Shown: positions 47,569-56,181 of the stretch, piece after piece
Layout: the number at the start of each line of letters is the position of its first letter
How positions within the stretch are numbered: position 1 is the first letter of the stretch
Virus record (IMG/VR): IMGVR_UViG_2706796514_000001
Coordinates: 65,960 to 129,959 of that record
From: a virus
Length of the DNA: 64,000 nucleotides
Strand: one strand, 5' to 3'
Notes under the pieces: model-generated
Database searches by the model: none
What the model saw: the letters and a program-made list of their open reading frames with translations, nothing else
Told to the model about the DNA's origin: nothing
Position numbers and translations under genes: made by a program

Positions 47569-47764
47569 GGTGGCGATTATGAGTAAAGATATTAACGGTC
47601 ATCCACTAACACCTTATCAAGTAGTTGTTGACCCGCGTGGACAGCTCCTTACAGTGGAGAGTTTTCTACCAAGTGGGCAGGTTAAATGCCGAAATGGTTG
47701 TTTGTTCGTACACTGGGAACCTGATCGATTGAAAAGCGTTAATTACAAAGAGGATTTATTATGA
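47558..47764 (+). CDS. hypothetical protein
   Basis: 68-aa ORF; start uncertain. Confidence 0.65.
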   Translation: MEDKVAIMSKDINGHPLTPYQVVVDPRGQLLTVESFLPSGQVKCRNGCLFVHWEPDRLKSVNYKEDLL

Positions 47765-47927
47765 CACCAGAACAGATAGCTAACCAGATAATAGAACTTT
47801 GCAGTTACCACGTGGATGTCGATGTTAACGATAATCGTGGTTCAGGTACTACCATCACAATGGAAGGCGACTTCACACCAAAGGATTTACTTGGTATTGT
47901 AGAATTATTAAAGAATGAGGATTTATT

Positions 47928-48398
47928 ATGAAAAAGTTATTACTAGTAATCACAATGTTAAGCTTAGTTGGGTGTGGTGAGGCTTCTGCTGATAATGAGG
48001 TACCATTGTGGCATGACAACATAACGTTGGTGAAGAAGTTTGATAGGTCTGGAGGTATATGGATGTCATCAAAAGGTAATTGCTACTTAAAATATTCAAA
48101 AGGTTACCACGGAGGTATCTCTAAGGTCGATTGCGAGGACTTCAACGTTGATGTAGGTAATCACCTTACCAAAGAGAGTTCTACTGTCACAGATAGTTCT
48201 ACGGCTCTCCTAGAGTACATTATGGACTACTGTGTGGTTAATGATGAACACAAGGACTTTCCTAGAGTAGAAGGTACTACTTCTGTAATCGAGGAGTTGC
48301 AAGGTAAACAATTGTCTTGTAAGCTACCAGATAATATTGATAGTAGTTTGAGTGAGAGAGCTGAGTATCTACGGCTTAAGAAGAAGTTTGGAGGTTAG
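47928..48398 (+). CDS. putative lipoprotein
   Basis: signal peptide ending in LVGC (lipobox). Confidence 0.75.
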   Translation: MKKLLLVITMLSLVGCGEASADNEVPLWHDNITLVKKFDRSGGIWMSSKGNCYLKYSKGYHGGISKVDCEDFNVDVGNHLTKESSTVTDSSTALLEYIMDYCVVNDEHKDFPRVEGTTSVIEELQGKQLSCKLPDNIDSSLSERAEYLRLKKKFGG

Positions 48399-48399
48399 T

Positions 48400-48609
48400 A
48401 TGGAATTTAAAGTTTATACAACAGATAAGAAGCACCTTAAAGCTATAGCAGATAAGTATGATGTGGAGCTAGAATACTTAAAACATGGATACGGGGAGGG
48501 TTATGTTTCAAATGGAGAATATTTAAGGGTATTCTGTAAGCACAGTTATGTAGATACTAGCGAATCTATCGTGGTGCTATCAGGTTATGAGAAGAGGTGG
48601 GTATTATGA
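48400..48609 (+). CDS. hypothetical protein
   Basis: likely start MEFKVY with GGAGG SD. Confidence 0.7.
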   Translation: MEFKVYTTDKKHLKAIADKYDVELEYLKHGYGEGYVSNGEYLRVFCKHSYVDTSESIVVLSGYEKRWVL

Positions 48610-49139
48610 GTGCACTTGCTAAAGAAGAACGTCACTTGTTTATAGCAGATTGCCACTTCGGTGATACACCTGTTAGACGAGGTATGCGTACCCAGTTTTC
48701 AGATGATGAAGAGCACAACAATGTTATCCATAGTAATATACTAGAGGTAGCTTCAACGCAGAAAACATTGTGGTTGTTAGGAGATAACTTTACTAAGCCT
48801 AAAGAATTTTGGAGGTTATCTGAGTATGCTAAAGCTTTCCAACAATTACAGTTATTGATGGGTAACCATTGCCACACAGGATTGCCCCGTTATGCGTTAC
48901 AGTTTAAGAATGTAAATGTATTCGGTGTGGTGCAGAAGTTTGGATTATGGTTGACACACGTACCTGTACCAGATTATGAATTGTACAGGGGGAATTGTAT
49001 ACATGGACACCTTCACAATGAAGTGGTTTTTGACAGAGATTACGAAGAAGATGAGAGGTACTTCTGCGTGTCATGTGAGAACGTTGATTACAAGCCGATT
49101 AGTTTAGCAGAGATTAAACGTATTAGAGGGTGGGAATAG
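48597..49139 (+). CDS. calcineurin-like metallophosphoesterase
   Basis: ADCHFG, LLGD, MGNHC, LTHVP and IHGHLH motifs. Confidence 0.85.
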   Translation: MGIMSALAKEERHLFIADCHFGDTPVRRGMRTQFSDDEEHNNVIHSNILEVASTQKTLWLLGDNFTKPKEFWRLSEYAKAFQQLQLLMGNHCHTGLPRYALQFKNVNVFGVVQKFGLWLTHVPVPDYELYRGNCIHGHLHNEVVFDRDYEEDERYFCVSCENVDYKPISLAEIKRIRGWE

Positions 49140-49142
49140 ATT

Positions 49143-49625
49143 ATGAAACCGTGTAAAGTTTACAGTATACAAGAGAATGATGTTATTGTACCAGAAACTG
49201 ACTATTATGAGGTTGTGCACTTTGATATGAAAGAACCTCATGTGATAAGGTCTTCTGATGGAAATAAACCTCTACTAGTAGAGAAGGAAGTCCACTGCAC
49301 ACCAATTAGACAGTTTTCAGAGATATCAGAGTTTGGGAGGAGGATTAACACTTATGTAGCCTTTGATAAGAAGTTAGAAGATTATGTGAACCTCTTGATT
49401 AAAGAGAAATTACAAGAACAGCAGTTTTCTCATAACAAAGAAATTTGTTTGTACAAGAAAGATCTTGGTAAAGTATCATTTGAGTTGGAACAACTTAGAG
49501 AGTATAATTACCAGCAGCGAAGAGACTTTATGCATAAATGGGATAAACTGTTGTTCCGTTTATCTTTAGGTATCGCAAGTTTATTTAGTGGTGCGGTAAT
49601 ATGTTTGGGTGTTGTTTTTAGTTAG
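49143..49625 (+). CDS. hypothetical protein with a C-terminal TM helix
   Basis: 160-aa ORF. Confidence 0.8.
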   Translation: MKPCKVYSIQENDVIVPETDYYEVVHFDMKEPHVIRSSDGNKPLLVEKEVHCTPIRQFSEISEFGRRINTYVAFDKKLEDYVNLLIKEKLQEQQFSHNKEICLYKKDLGKVSFELEQLREYNYQQRRDFMHKWDKLLFRLSLGIASLFSGAVICLGVVFS

Positions 49626-49635
49626 AGGGGAGATT

Positions 49636-49818
49636 ATGAGATTAACAAAGGTACAAATATTAGAAAAGCTGATAACCCTGCAAAGTGAGTTACACAAGGT
49701 AGGACAGGAAGCTCCCAGCACAATGGAGTTGTCTAGATTATCGGGGTGTTGTCGTCAGGTGGGTGATATGATTAGTGCGATGGAAATGGATTTCTGGGAT
49801 GAAGGAGGTGATGAGTGA
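49636..49818 (+). CDS. hypothetical protein
   Basis: likely start MRLTK. Confidence 0.65.
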   Translation: MRLTKVQILEKLITLQSELHKVGQEAPSTMELSRLSGCCRQVGDMISAMEMDFWDEGGDE

Positions 49819-51578
49819 GTTTTGATTTCAGTAAATATACAGAGGAACAGGCTTTAGAGTTGATGTACCCTAGGCAGAAAGAAGCTTATTTAGAGTGTAA
49901 GTACGGCGATAGTGATGTATTGGTTGTTTCTAGTGGAGGTACAGGCAAGAGTTTTATTATTGCAGCACTTATGCATTATAGCAAGGATACTTTAGCTACA
50001 GGTACAACAGGCGTAGCGGCAGTAAATATAGAAGGGCAAACTACCCACAGTACCCTATCTATACCACTAGGTATTCCTACAAAAAAGGATCTAGCCAAAA
50101 TAAATAGTAAGTACCGCCAAGTATTTAAAAAGAACCACGGTATACGTAATATTATTATTGATGAGTTCCCTATGTTCGGTGTGGATTCATTAGAGGGTTT
50201 ATTATCTCGTAGGGATAGGGTTACCCGTACATCTAGGTACAATAAAGTTCGTCTGTTAATGTTCGGTGATCTATATCAATTACCTAGCCCTGTTCAACAG
50301 AGAGATAAAAAGTTACTACAGGAACGGTACGGCACAACAAAGCTTATAACTAGTAAATTATTCTCTGATATGGACTTGTCAGTATACGAGTTAGATCAGA
50401 ACAAGCGTAGTGGGGAAGACAAGGTATTTGCTGATGTATTAGAGGACCTTAGAGAAGGTAAGAATATAGAAGGTAAAGTATTACCTTATCTTAATAAGCA
50501 CGTTAAAGCTCCAGACCCCGAAGCAGTATATTTAACACCCCATATAGCTACGGCAGATAAGATTAATAAGGTTGTTTTTGATGAAAACACTAACCGAGAA
50601 TTCTCATTTAAAGCTAAGATATCAGGAGATTTTCCTGAGAAGGATCGCAAAACACCAGAAGTTATAGTTTTAAAAGAAGGCTTACGTGTTATGAGTTTGA
50701 CTAACGACACGGAGAACGAACTATATGTTAATGGTAGTTGTGGGGTCATAACAAACTTGTATTCTGACTTCATAGAAGTTACTTTTGATAACGGTAATGT
50801 TTGTATGATAGAACCTACCGTACAGGAAAATACAGAGTATTACACTGACGAGGAGGGTGAACTTCAAAAGAAGGTAGTGGGTACTTATGAACAGATTGGC
50901 TTACGTCAATGTGCAGCTATTAATATTCACAAAGTGCAAGGTTTGAGTTTGGATAAGATAGTTCTTGACCTGACAGAAGGCTCATTTGAATACGGAATGA
51001 CTTATGTTGCAGTGTCTAGGTTAACCAATATTAATGGTTTGCATTTAATAACACCGATACAACTTTCTGATATTAAAGTTGATGAGGATGTTAAGAAATT
51101 TTACGCTGAGCTAAGAGGTGAGATTTACGAAAAAGATCCATTACAAGGGGTGCCAGAGAAATATCACAAGTATAAGGTCAGGCTTATTGTTGCAGGTGGT
51201 CGTGATTTCAATGATCGTTACTACGGGTATAAAGCTTTAGATTTTATGTTGAAGAATTATAAATCAGAAGAAGTACTTATCATTGACGGAGGTGCTACGG
51301 GATCAGATAGGATAGGCCGTGAGTATGCCATAGAAAGAGGTGTAAATTATGAAACCTTTGAGGCAGATTGGAAAGATTTAACCAAAACTCCTTGTAAGAT
51401 AAAAACCAACGCTTATGGTCAATATAACTGTTTAGCAGGTTTAGTCAGGAACAAGGAGATGGGAGACTTAGCTAGTCACGCGGTTGTGTTCTGGGATGGT
51501 AGGTCTACTGGTAGTAATCATATGATTGAGTATATGAAAGAGTTAGGGAAACCAGTTAAGATTTTTAATTATGGATAA
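49815..51578 (+). CDS. Pif1/RecD-like SF1B helicase fused to a C-terminal SLOG (YspA/DUF2493-like) domain
   Basis: GGTGKS, TTHS, IIIDEFPM, FGDLYQL, IHKVQGLSLD, YVAVSR; then VAGGRDF...GGATGSD...VVFWDGRSTGSNHMI. Confidence 0.85.
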   Translation: MSFDFSKYTEEQALELMYPRQKEAYLECKYGDSDVLVVSSGGTGKSFIIAALMHYSKDTLATGTTGVAAVNIEGQTTHSTLSIPLGIPTKKDLAKINSKYRQVFKKNHGIRNIIIDEFPMFGVDSLEGLLSRRDRVTRTSRYNKVRLLMFGDLYQLPSPVQQRDKKLLQERYGTTKLITSKLFSDMDLSVYELDQNKRSGEDKVFADVLEDLREGKNIEGKVLPYLNKHVKAPDPEAVYLTPHIATADKINKVVFDENTNREFSFKAKISGDFPEKDRKTPEVIVLKEGLRVMSLTNDTENELYVNGSCGVITNLYSDFIEVTFDNGNVCMIEPTVQENTEYYTDEEGELQKKVVGTYEQIGLRQCAAINIHKVQGLSLDKIVLDLTEGSFEYGMTYVAVSRLTNINGLHLITPIQLSDIKVDEDVKKFYAELRGEIYEKDPLQGVPEKYHKYKVRLIVAGGRDFNDRYYGYKALDFMLKNYKSEEVLIIDGGATGSDRIGREYAIERGVNYETFEADWKDLTKTPCKIKTNAYGQYNCLAGLVRNKEMGDLASHAVVFWDGRSTGSNHMIEYMKELGKPVKIFNYG

Positions 51579-51916
51579 ACGAAACCCCCCGATTAATACA
51601 AGCACTCTGCAATCAATGTAATGTGCTTTACAAGGATATCTATATCGACTACAATAACCCTTGCGGAGAAGATGTAGTTTATATTAAAGGGGAGTTCTCT
51701 GGTTACGTTGAGGACTTCTAGCAAACGTGGGATAATTTGAGGAGAGAAAGTTATGGAACTAACGACACACCAATTAGCTGAAATACTACTGTCACAAGAA
51801 GATACTGTTTTTAAATTCGGACATTTTGTGAGTGGGCAAGGTGATACTTGGCATGAAGAAGTTTACGATTTTAACTATGTATTCGGTGAAGAAGGTTTTG
51901 TTATGGAGGAGAAGTT

Positions 51917-52189
51917 ATGATTGATATGAAATGTGGTTGCGGCAGACAAGCTAGATACTATATGAAAGATAAAGAAGGTAGTTGTAATAAGTACCAACGC
52001 TGTAAGACATACGAAGAATTATTAGATGATAACAAAAGATTAGTAGAAAGTATAACACTCTATGGTAAAACTATGAACCAGATAGATGATTATTTTGAGT
52101 ATAGAAACGAGAGTGTTCAGGATAGAAAGAAAGTACATCAGTTACTAGGAAACCTAACAGATAAGTTGAAGGAGATATCAAATGATTGA
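51917..52189 (+). CDS. hypothetical protein
   Basis: 90-aa ORF with GGAGGAG SD. Confidence 0.75.
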   Translation: MIDMKCGCGRQARYYMKDKEGSCNKYQRCKTYEELLDDNKRLVESITLYGKTMNQIDDYFEYRNESVQDRKKVHQLLGNLTDKLKEISND

Positions 52190-52592
52190 AGATAAACAAG
52201 TAGTGTATAACACATCAGAAGATGATTGGACACATGCAGATGAAGCGATTGAACAAGTATTGAGAGATAAACTAGCTGATATGGAAGAAATTGATATCCT
52301 AGAAGCAGATAGTATCACCTTGTTCAAAGGGGTTGTCAATAGTGTAGAGTTTGCTCAGTACCTATGTGTAACCAGTATACTAGAGAATATGAGTGAGTGG
52401 GCTTATGATGATAACGAGTTTGCAGAAGATTACCTTCTTGACGTAACAGACGAACAGAAACAAGACCTGCATAATGTGATCTGTTCATGGGCAGAGAAAC
52501 ACAACATATCACCGAAATTCTTCACTGTAGTGAATGTAGAAGAGGTAGAGGTGGAGTTGACTGATGAAATTAAGAAGGGTGCTTTATTATGA
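52182..52592 (+). CDS. hypothetical acidic protein
   Basis: 136-aa ORF. Confidence 0.8.
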   Translation: MIEDKQVVYNTSEDDWTHADEAIEQVLRDKLADMEEIDILEADSITLFKGVVNSVEFAQYLCVTSILENMSEWAYDDNEFAEDYLLDVTDEQKQDLHNVICSWAEKHNISPKFFTVVNVEEVEVELTDEIKKGALL

Positions 52593-53302
52593 TTGAAGTA
52601 TGGGATTTTGAATCCACAGGGTTAGTTGAACCCAAGGCAACGCAACTTGGTAAATGTAGACTATCTAAGGATTTAAAGCTTATCAAGAGTAGTTGTATAT
52701 CTTATTATATCAATCCTGAAAAGGAGATATCTTGGGGAGCGATGGGTGTTACTGGTATCACAAATGAGATGGTGGCAGATAAGCCTACTATTGACGAAGT
52801 GTTAGCTGACAAGAAAAGCAAGGTACATCCTGATACAGAGTATATTGTTTGTCATAACATGACATATGATCAACAATTCTTCCCAGAAGGTTTTGTTCCC
52901 GAGGGTGTTAAATTCTTATGTACGCTCAAGTTAGCAAGAAAGCTTATTGATAAGAGTTTATGCGGTGACCATAAGAACACCACTTTGTATTATTTCTTAG
53001 GATGCTATAAGAAACCTTTTGGTAAAGAGTTCATTGAGAAAAGTCATGATGGTCTCTCGGACTCGATGATGACAGCTAATGTACTGGTAACTATGCTAGA
53101 TAAAGCAAACCTTACTATAGAAGAAGCTTATCGGTTAACACAACCTGATATTACAGTATGCAACTTTCCCAAGTACCGAGGACTAAAATGGAGTGAAGCT
53201 ATTAATAAGGATAGTCCATACGTAGAGTGGTTACTGGGTAACGTAGATTGGCAGGATGAGAAGGAGTTTTTGTACGTTAAAGATTTATTTGACAACCAAT
53301 AG
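52589..53302 (+). CDS. DnaQ-like 3'-5' exonuclease (exodeoxyribonuclease X-like)
   Basis: WDFESTG, VCHNMTYD, LCTLKLAR, SHDGLSD; C-terminal NFPKYRG...YVEWL. Confidence 0.88.
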   Translation: MIEVWDFESTGLVEPKATQLGKCRLSKDLKLIKSSCISYYINPEKEISWGAMGVTGITNEMVADKPTIDEVLADKKSKVHPDTEYIVCHNMTYDQQFFPEGFVPEGVKFLCTLKLARKLIDKSLCGDHKNTTLYYFLGCYKKPFGKEFIEKSHDGLSDSMMTANVLVTMLDKANLTIEEAYRLTQPDITVCNFPKYRGLKWSEAINKDSPYVEWLLGNVDWQDEKEFLYVKDLFDNQ

Positions 53303-53317
53303 TTTTAGGTATAGAAT
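53289..53317 (+). promoter_or_regulatory. sigma70-type promoter in front of a non-coding structured region
   Basis: TTGACA-17-TAGAAT. Confidence 0.7.
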
Positions 53318-53754
53318 AGAATTATAGCTTGAGGAACACTACAAATGTATCGGCTTATGAACCTTAAGTAGGGTAAAGTTACCCGAAGAATATACAAAAG
53401 GTTTTAACTTGAAAGGAAATGTTCAAGATGCAAGTAAAGTTGCTGGCAGAGATTAACGACCCCTGTTGAAAATAATTGTTGTGGTGCTTGCAAGTGTTAT
53501 TAGTAACCTTGTGATTACGTTGGATTCGTAACCGCCCTGAATCAACATTTTAGACTCCTGAGTATGAGTTAAAAGTACTCGCAAGAACACCTTAGGCAGC
53601 CGTTGTCGTTATCGTCAACAGGTGTCATATTGAGAGAAGTGGCTCGCCTCTCACACATAGAGAAAAGTTTTGGGAATTTCCGAGTATCTATGTGGTCAGA
53701 GCTAACTATATTAAAAAGTTTTTGTTGACAACCAAGTGCAGCTTCTGGTAAAGT
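53308..53754 (+). ncRNA. group I intron-derived structured RNA, probably circularly permuted
   Basis: 53426-53478 matches the portal intron 3' end at 41/53 nt with compensatory changes and a terminal G; downstream P1-like U.G hairpin, P4-P6-like helices and TCAGAGCTA. Confidence 0.6.
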
Positions 53755-53782
53755 GTAATGACACAAGGGGGTTGTCAACAAA
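53725..53782 (+). promoter_or_regulatory. sigma70-type promoter inside a 13-bp perfect inverted repeat
   Basis: TTGACA-18-TAAAGT; TTTGTTGACAACC / GGTTGTCAACAAA. Confidence 0.7.
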
Positions 53783-53802
53783 TTTAATTAGAGGAGAATA
53801 TT

Positions 53803-54048
53803 ATGAGTACATGGGGATTTCGTGTAGCAACCAAGGATGTTACATATGGAGAGGAAACAGTTAAAGAGTACGGCATAATTGAAGTGTACTATGATGATCA
53901 AGGTGAAATAGATTTCCACGGTGGTTTCAAAGATCCCAATGGGTGGGATGACATTGAAGATTTAAAAGGAACTATCGATCGTATGCAACAAGCTTTCAGT
54001 AAACCAGTAGTTGGTCATCTGAAAGAGGATGGTAGTTTAGAGATGTAA
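53803..54048 (+). CDS. hypothetical protein
   Basis: 81-aa ORF with GAGGAG SD. Confidence 0.85.
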   Translation: MSTWGFRVATKDVTYGEETVKEYGIIEVYYDDQGEIDFHGGFKDPNGWDDIEDLKGTIDRMQQAFSKPVVGHLKEDGSLEM

Positions 54049-54054
54049 TATCCC

Positions 54055-54172
54055 GCATTCAACAAAAAGATACCTAGGTATCAAATACGACTTACGGCTT
54101 ATCACGCGAGGTTCTTCCTCCTGATATTCGCGATTGTTGAATGCAACGGTTCAGGCTTATCCGAAAAAGCCT
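54055..54172 (+). other. structured 3' element (multi-branch stem plus a terminator-like hairpin)
   Basis: 11-bp GCATTCAACAA/TTGTTGAATGC stem enclosing GATAC/GTATC and further stems; AGGCTT/AAGCCT hairpin. Confidence 0.55.
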
Positions 54173-54178
54173 ACATAT

Positions 54179-54207
54179 TTGACAAACAATCCACATTACC
54201 CTATAAT
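54179..54207 (+). promoter_or_regulatory. consensus sigma70 promoter
   Basis: TTGACA-17-TATAAT. Confidence 0.85.
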
Positions 54208-54339
54208 AACACCTATCAACAAGATTGCTTAATAAAATTCATAATATCTACTTTTTATAGTAGACCTCCTTAACAAATGGCTTCTCATAAGGCCATTTTA
54301 TTAAGCAATTTTCCACATTACAGTAAAAGGAATACAACT

Positions 54340-54642
54340 ATGCGATGTAAAGCAAGTTTTTGTAATGGAATACTAAGTCCTACAAGGCAGTTTAAACGTA
54401 TACTAGTGCCACACAAATCAGGTGAAGAAGGTAAAGTCACTTGGGTAACGTTAGATGGTAGCGTCAAAGGTTATCCTGTAGTCGAAGAGGATTTGTGCTC
54501 AAAGTGCTTATCATCAGTGAGTTCTTACTCTTTAGACCACGACTACCTAGTAAACGTATTAGATGAATCTGATGAAGAGGATCTCAACTTCAACGAGTTG
54601 GGTTTAGATATTCCAGATATAGATTACAGTGAAAATTATTAA
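54340..54642 (+). CDS. hypothetical protein with possible Zn ligands
   Basis: likely start MRCKASFC; CSKC. Confidence 0.75.
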   Translation: MRCKASFCNGILSPTRQFKRILVPHKSGEEGKVTWVTLDGSVKGYPVVEEDLCSKCLSSVSSYSLDHDYLVNVLDESDEEDLNFNELGLDIPDIDYSENY

Positions 54643-54659
54643 GAAGTAAGGAACATATT

Positions 54660-55211
54660 ATGGCTAAAGGTAATAAACCTCAAATAAGCATAGTACCTAA
54701 TAAGATCAAGATTGAGAATGGTCGTCCTACTATGGGTGAAGAGTCTGTAAATATTCATATAGATGCTTTTACTCGTGCTCAAAAAGCTATGGGGAAAGAC
54801 ACCAAGAAAGCAGTAGATATATTAGCTTGGCAGTTGGAAGAAATACATAAATCATTAAACCCCGCTAATATAGGTAAGATTAGGGTTATGCTGGTAGAGA
54901 ACCCTGATTTCGATAAGACAAAAGAGATCAGTGATGAAAACCCATTCTTGATAGAAGAATATCAGCATATGTTTGATCCTACTCGTTATAAAGATAACAT
55001 AGTACATAGTACATCGCAAAGCTATCTAAAAAATAATGAGCAGCGTATCCGAGAACTACAAGAACAAGAAAAAGAAATCAAGAAGATGCAGAAAGAAGCT
55101 AACGCTGCCCTAGAGGAACTAGCCGAAGCAGAAAGCAACGCATCTAATAATAAACAACCTCTGTTCTCGTTTGAGTTCGAAGGTGAAGATAAGAACACTA
55201 GTGTTAACTAA
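54660..55211 (+). CDS. hypothetical protein, possibly the terminase small subunit
   Basis: 183 aa with a C-terminal coiled coil; function inferred only from its position upstream of terL. Confidence 0.45.
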   Translation: MAKGNKPQISIVPNKIKIENGRPTMGEESVNIHIDAFTRAQKAMGKDTKKAVDILAWQLEEIHKSLNPANIGKIRVMLVENPDFDKTKEISDENPFLIEEYQHMFDPTRYKDNIVHSTSQSYLKNNEQRIRELQEQEKEIKKMQKEANAALEELAEAESNASNNKQPLFSFEFEGEDKNTSVN

Positions 55212-55359
55212 AACTTCAATGTAACCGTTAAGAGTTACTTTTACAAATGTAACCAGTACAAGTTACCCAATATTCTCCCTCCTAGAATAAAAAGATCTTA
55301 TTAAAATAAGACATCTCTCCTCAAGAGGAACATTGTTCTCCTCCGAACATCTCCTCTCC

Positions 55360-55394
55360 AAGCCCGAAAGCTCTTAGTAGCCGTAGGGCTTTTT
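55360..55394 (+). terminator. intrinsic terminator
   Basis: AAGCCC...GGGCTT followed by a T-run. Confidence 0.6.
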
Positions 55395-55407
55395 CTTTGC
55401 CTAAAAT

Positions 55408-55435
55408 TTGACATTAACCAAAGTAGGTTTATAAT
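55408..55435 (+). promoter_or_regulatory. sigma70-type promoter
   Basis: TTGACA-16-TATAAT. Confidence 0.75.
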
Positions 55436-55471
55436 ACTACCCAAACATCCCCTATGACAAAAGGTTTTATT

Positions 55472-55882
55472 ATGAGTAAAGAGTACACCACTACCACAGA
55501 GATGTTCTTCCAACTACCAGTTTATAACGGCAAAGAATACACCTTGTCATGCAAGAAAGGTCGTAAATTATTAGCTAGACTATCACCGGACGGGAAACTA
55601 TTCATATCAACAGGGTACAACTGGAATACAGGACTTCTACTGCATGACATAGAGGTTCATGGGCATAGTGAGATGTACATGGCATCGTTGGTGTTAGATG
55701 TTCTCAGACAGCTCTACAGGGTGAATCATGGGTACTTTGCATATAACAAATCAACTATCCACCAAGTGTACAATTATAATATGAAACAATCAAAGGTTGC
55801 TGAAAGCAAAAGATGGTGCTACTATGTTATATGCAAGTTAAGAGGTTATTGGAAGAGTTCAATGGCAAAGTGGAGAGTTTAG
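55472..55882 (+). CDS. hypothetical protein (DUF1353-like)
   Basis: GKLFISTGYNWN...MASLVLDVLRQL pattern; likely start MSKEY. Confidence 0.7.
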   Translation: MSKEYTTTTEMFFQLPVYNGKEYTLSCKKGRKLLARLSPDGKLFISTGYNWNTGLLLHDIEVHGHSEMYMASLVLDVLRQLYRVNHGYFAYNKSTIHQVYNYNMKQSKVAESKRWCYYVICKLRGYWKSSMAKWRV

Positions 55883-55905
55883 ATTTAATTAGAGGATAAG
55901 TATTT

Positions 55906-56175
55906 ATGAGTAACGAAGTTACAAAAGAGATGCTGGATGAAAGTTTAGCTTCTATACAGGATTATCTGGACAACACAAGTGCAGAACAGTTTGAGAAGGA
56001 TTATCTAGAGATTAGGAAATTCACGAAAGGGGGTGTTCCTGCTGCAGAAATTATAGGGTGGGAGCCAGAGGTTTTACAGGTAGACTATAGTAACTCTGCA
56101 AGGAACATACCAGACAACGAGGGTACTTTGGAGATAGAGTGGGGTTGTCCGCTGGACAAAAGAGGGGATATGTGA
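55906..56175 (+). CDS. hypothetical protein
   Basis: 89-aa ORF with GAGGA SD. Confidence 0.75.
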   Translation: MSNEVTKEMLDESLASIQDYLDNTSAEQFEKDYLEIRKFTKGGVPAAEIIGWEPEVLQVDYSNSARNIPDNEGTLEIEWGCPLDKRGDM

Positions 56176-56181
56176 TAATAT
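56153..56181 (+). promoter_or_regulatory. sigma70-type promoter for the endonuclease-terminase unit
   Basis: TGGACA-17-TAATAT. Confidence 0.55.

Noticed and set aside
53330-53360. RNase P RNA resemblance (GAGGAA..., ...CGGCTTAT)
   Set aside because: The two P4 strands are adjacent and do not pair as required, and the region is better explained by homology to the portal intron.
53470-53540. tmRNA or tRNA (GGATTCG, AATAATT-G context)
   Set aside because: There is no acceptor stem, T-arm or CCA end, and no Ala-Ala-type tag frame.
54055-54144. Hammerhead, twister or pistol ribozyme
   Set aside because: The conserved catalytic cores (such as CTGANGA...GAAA) are not present on either strand.
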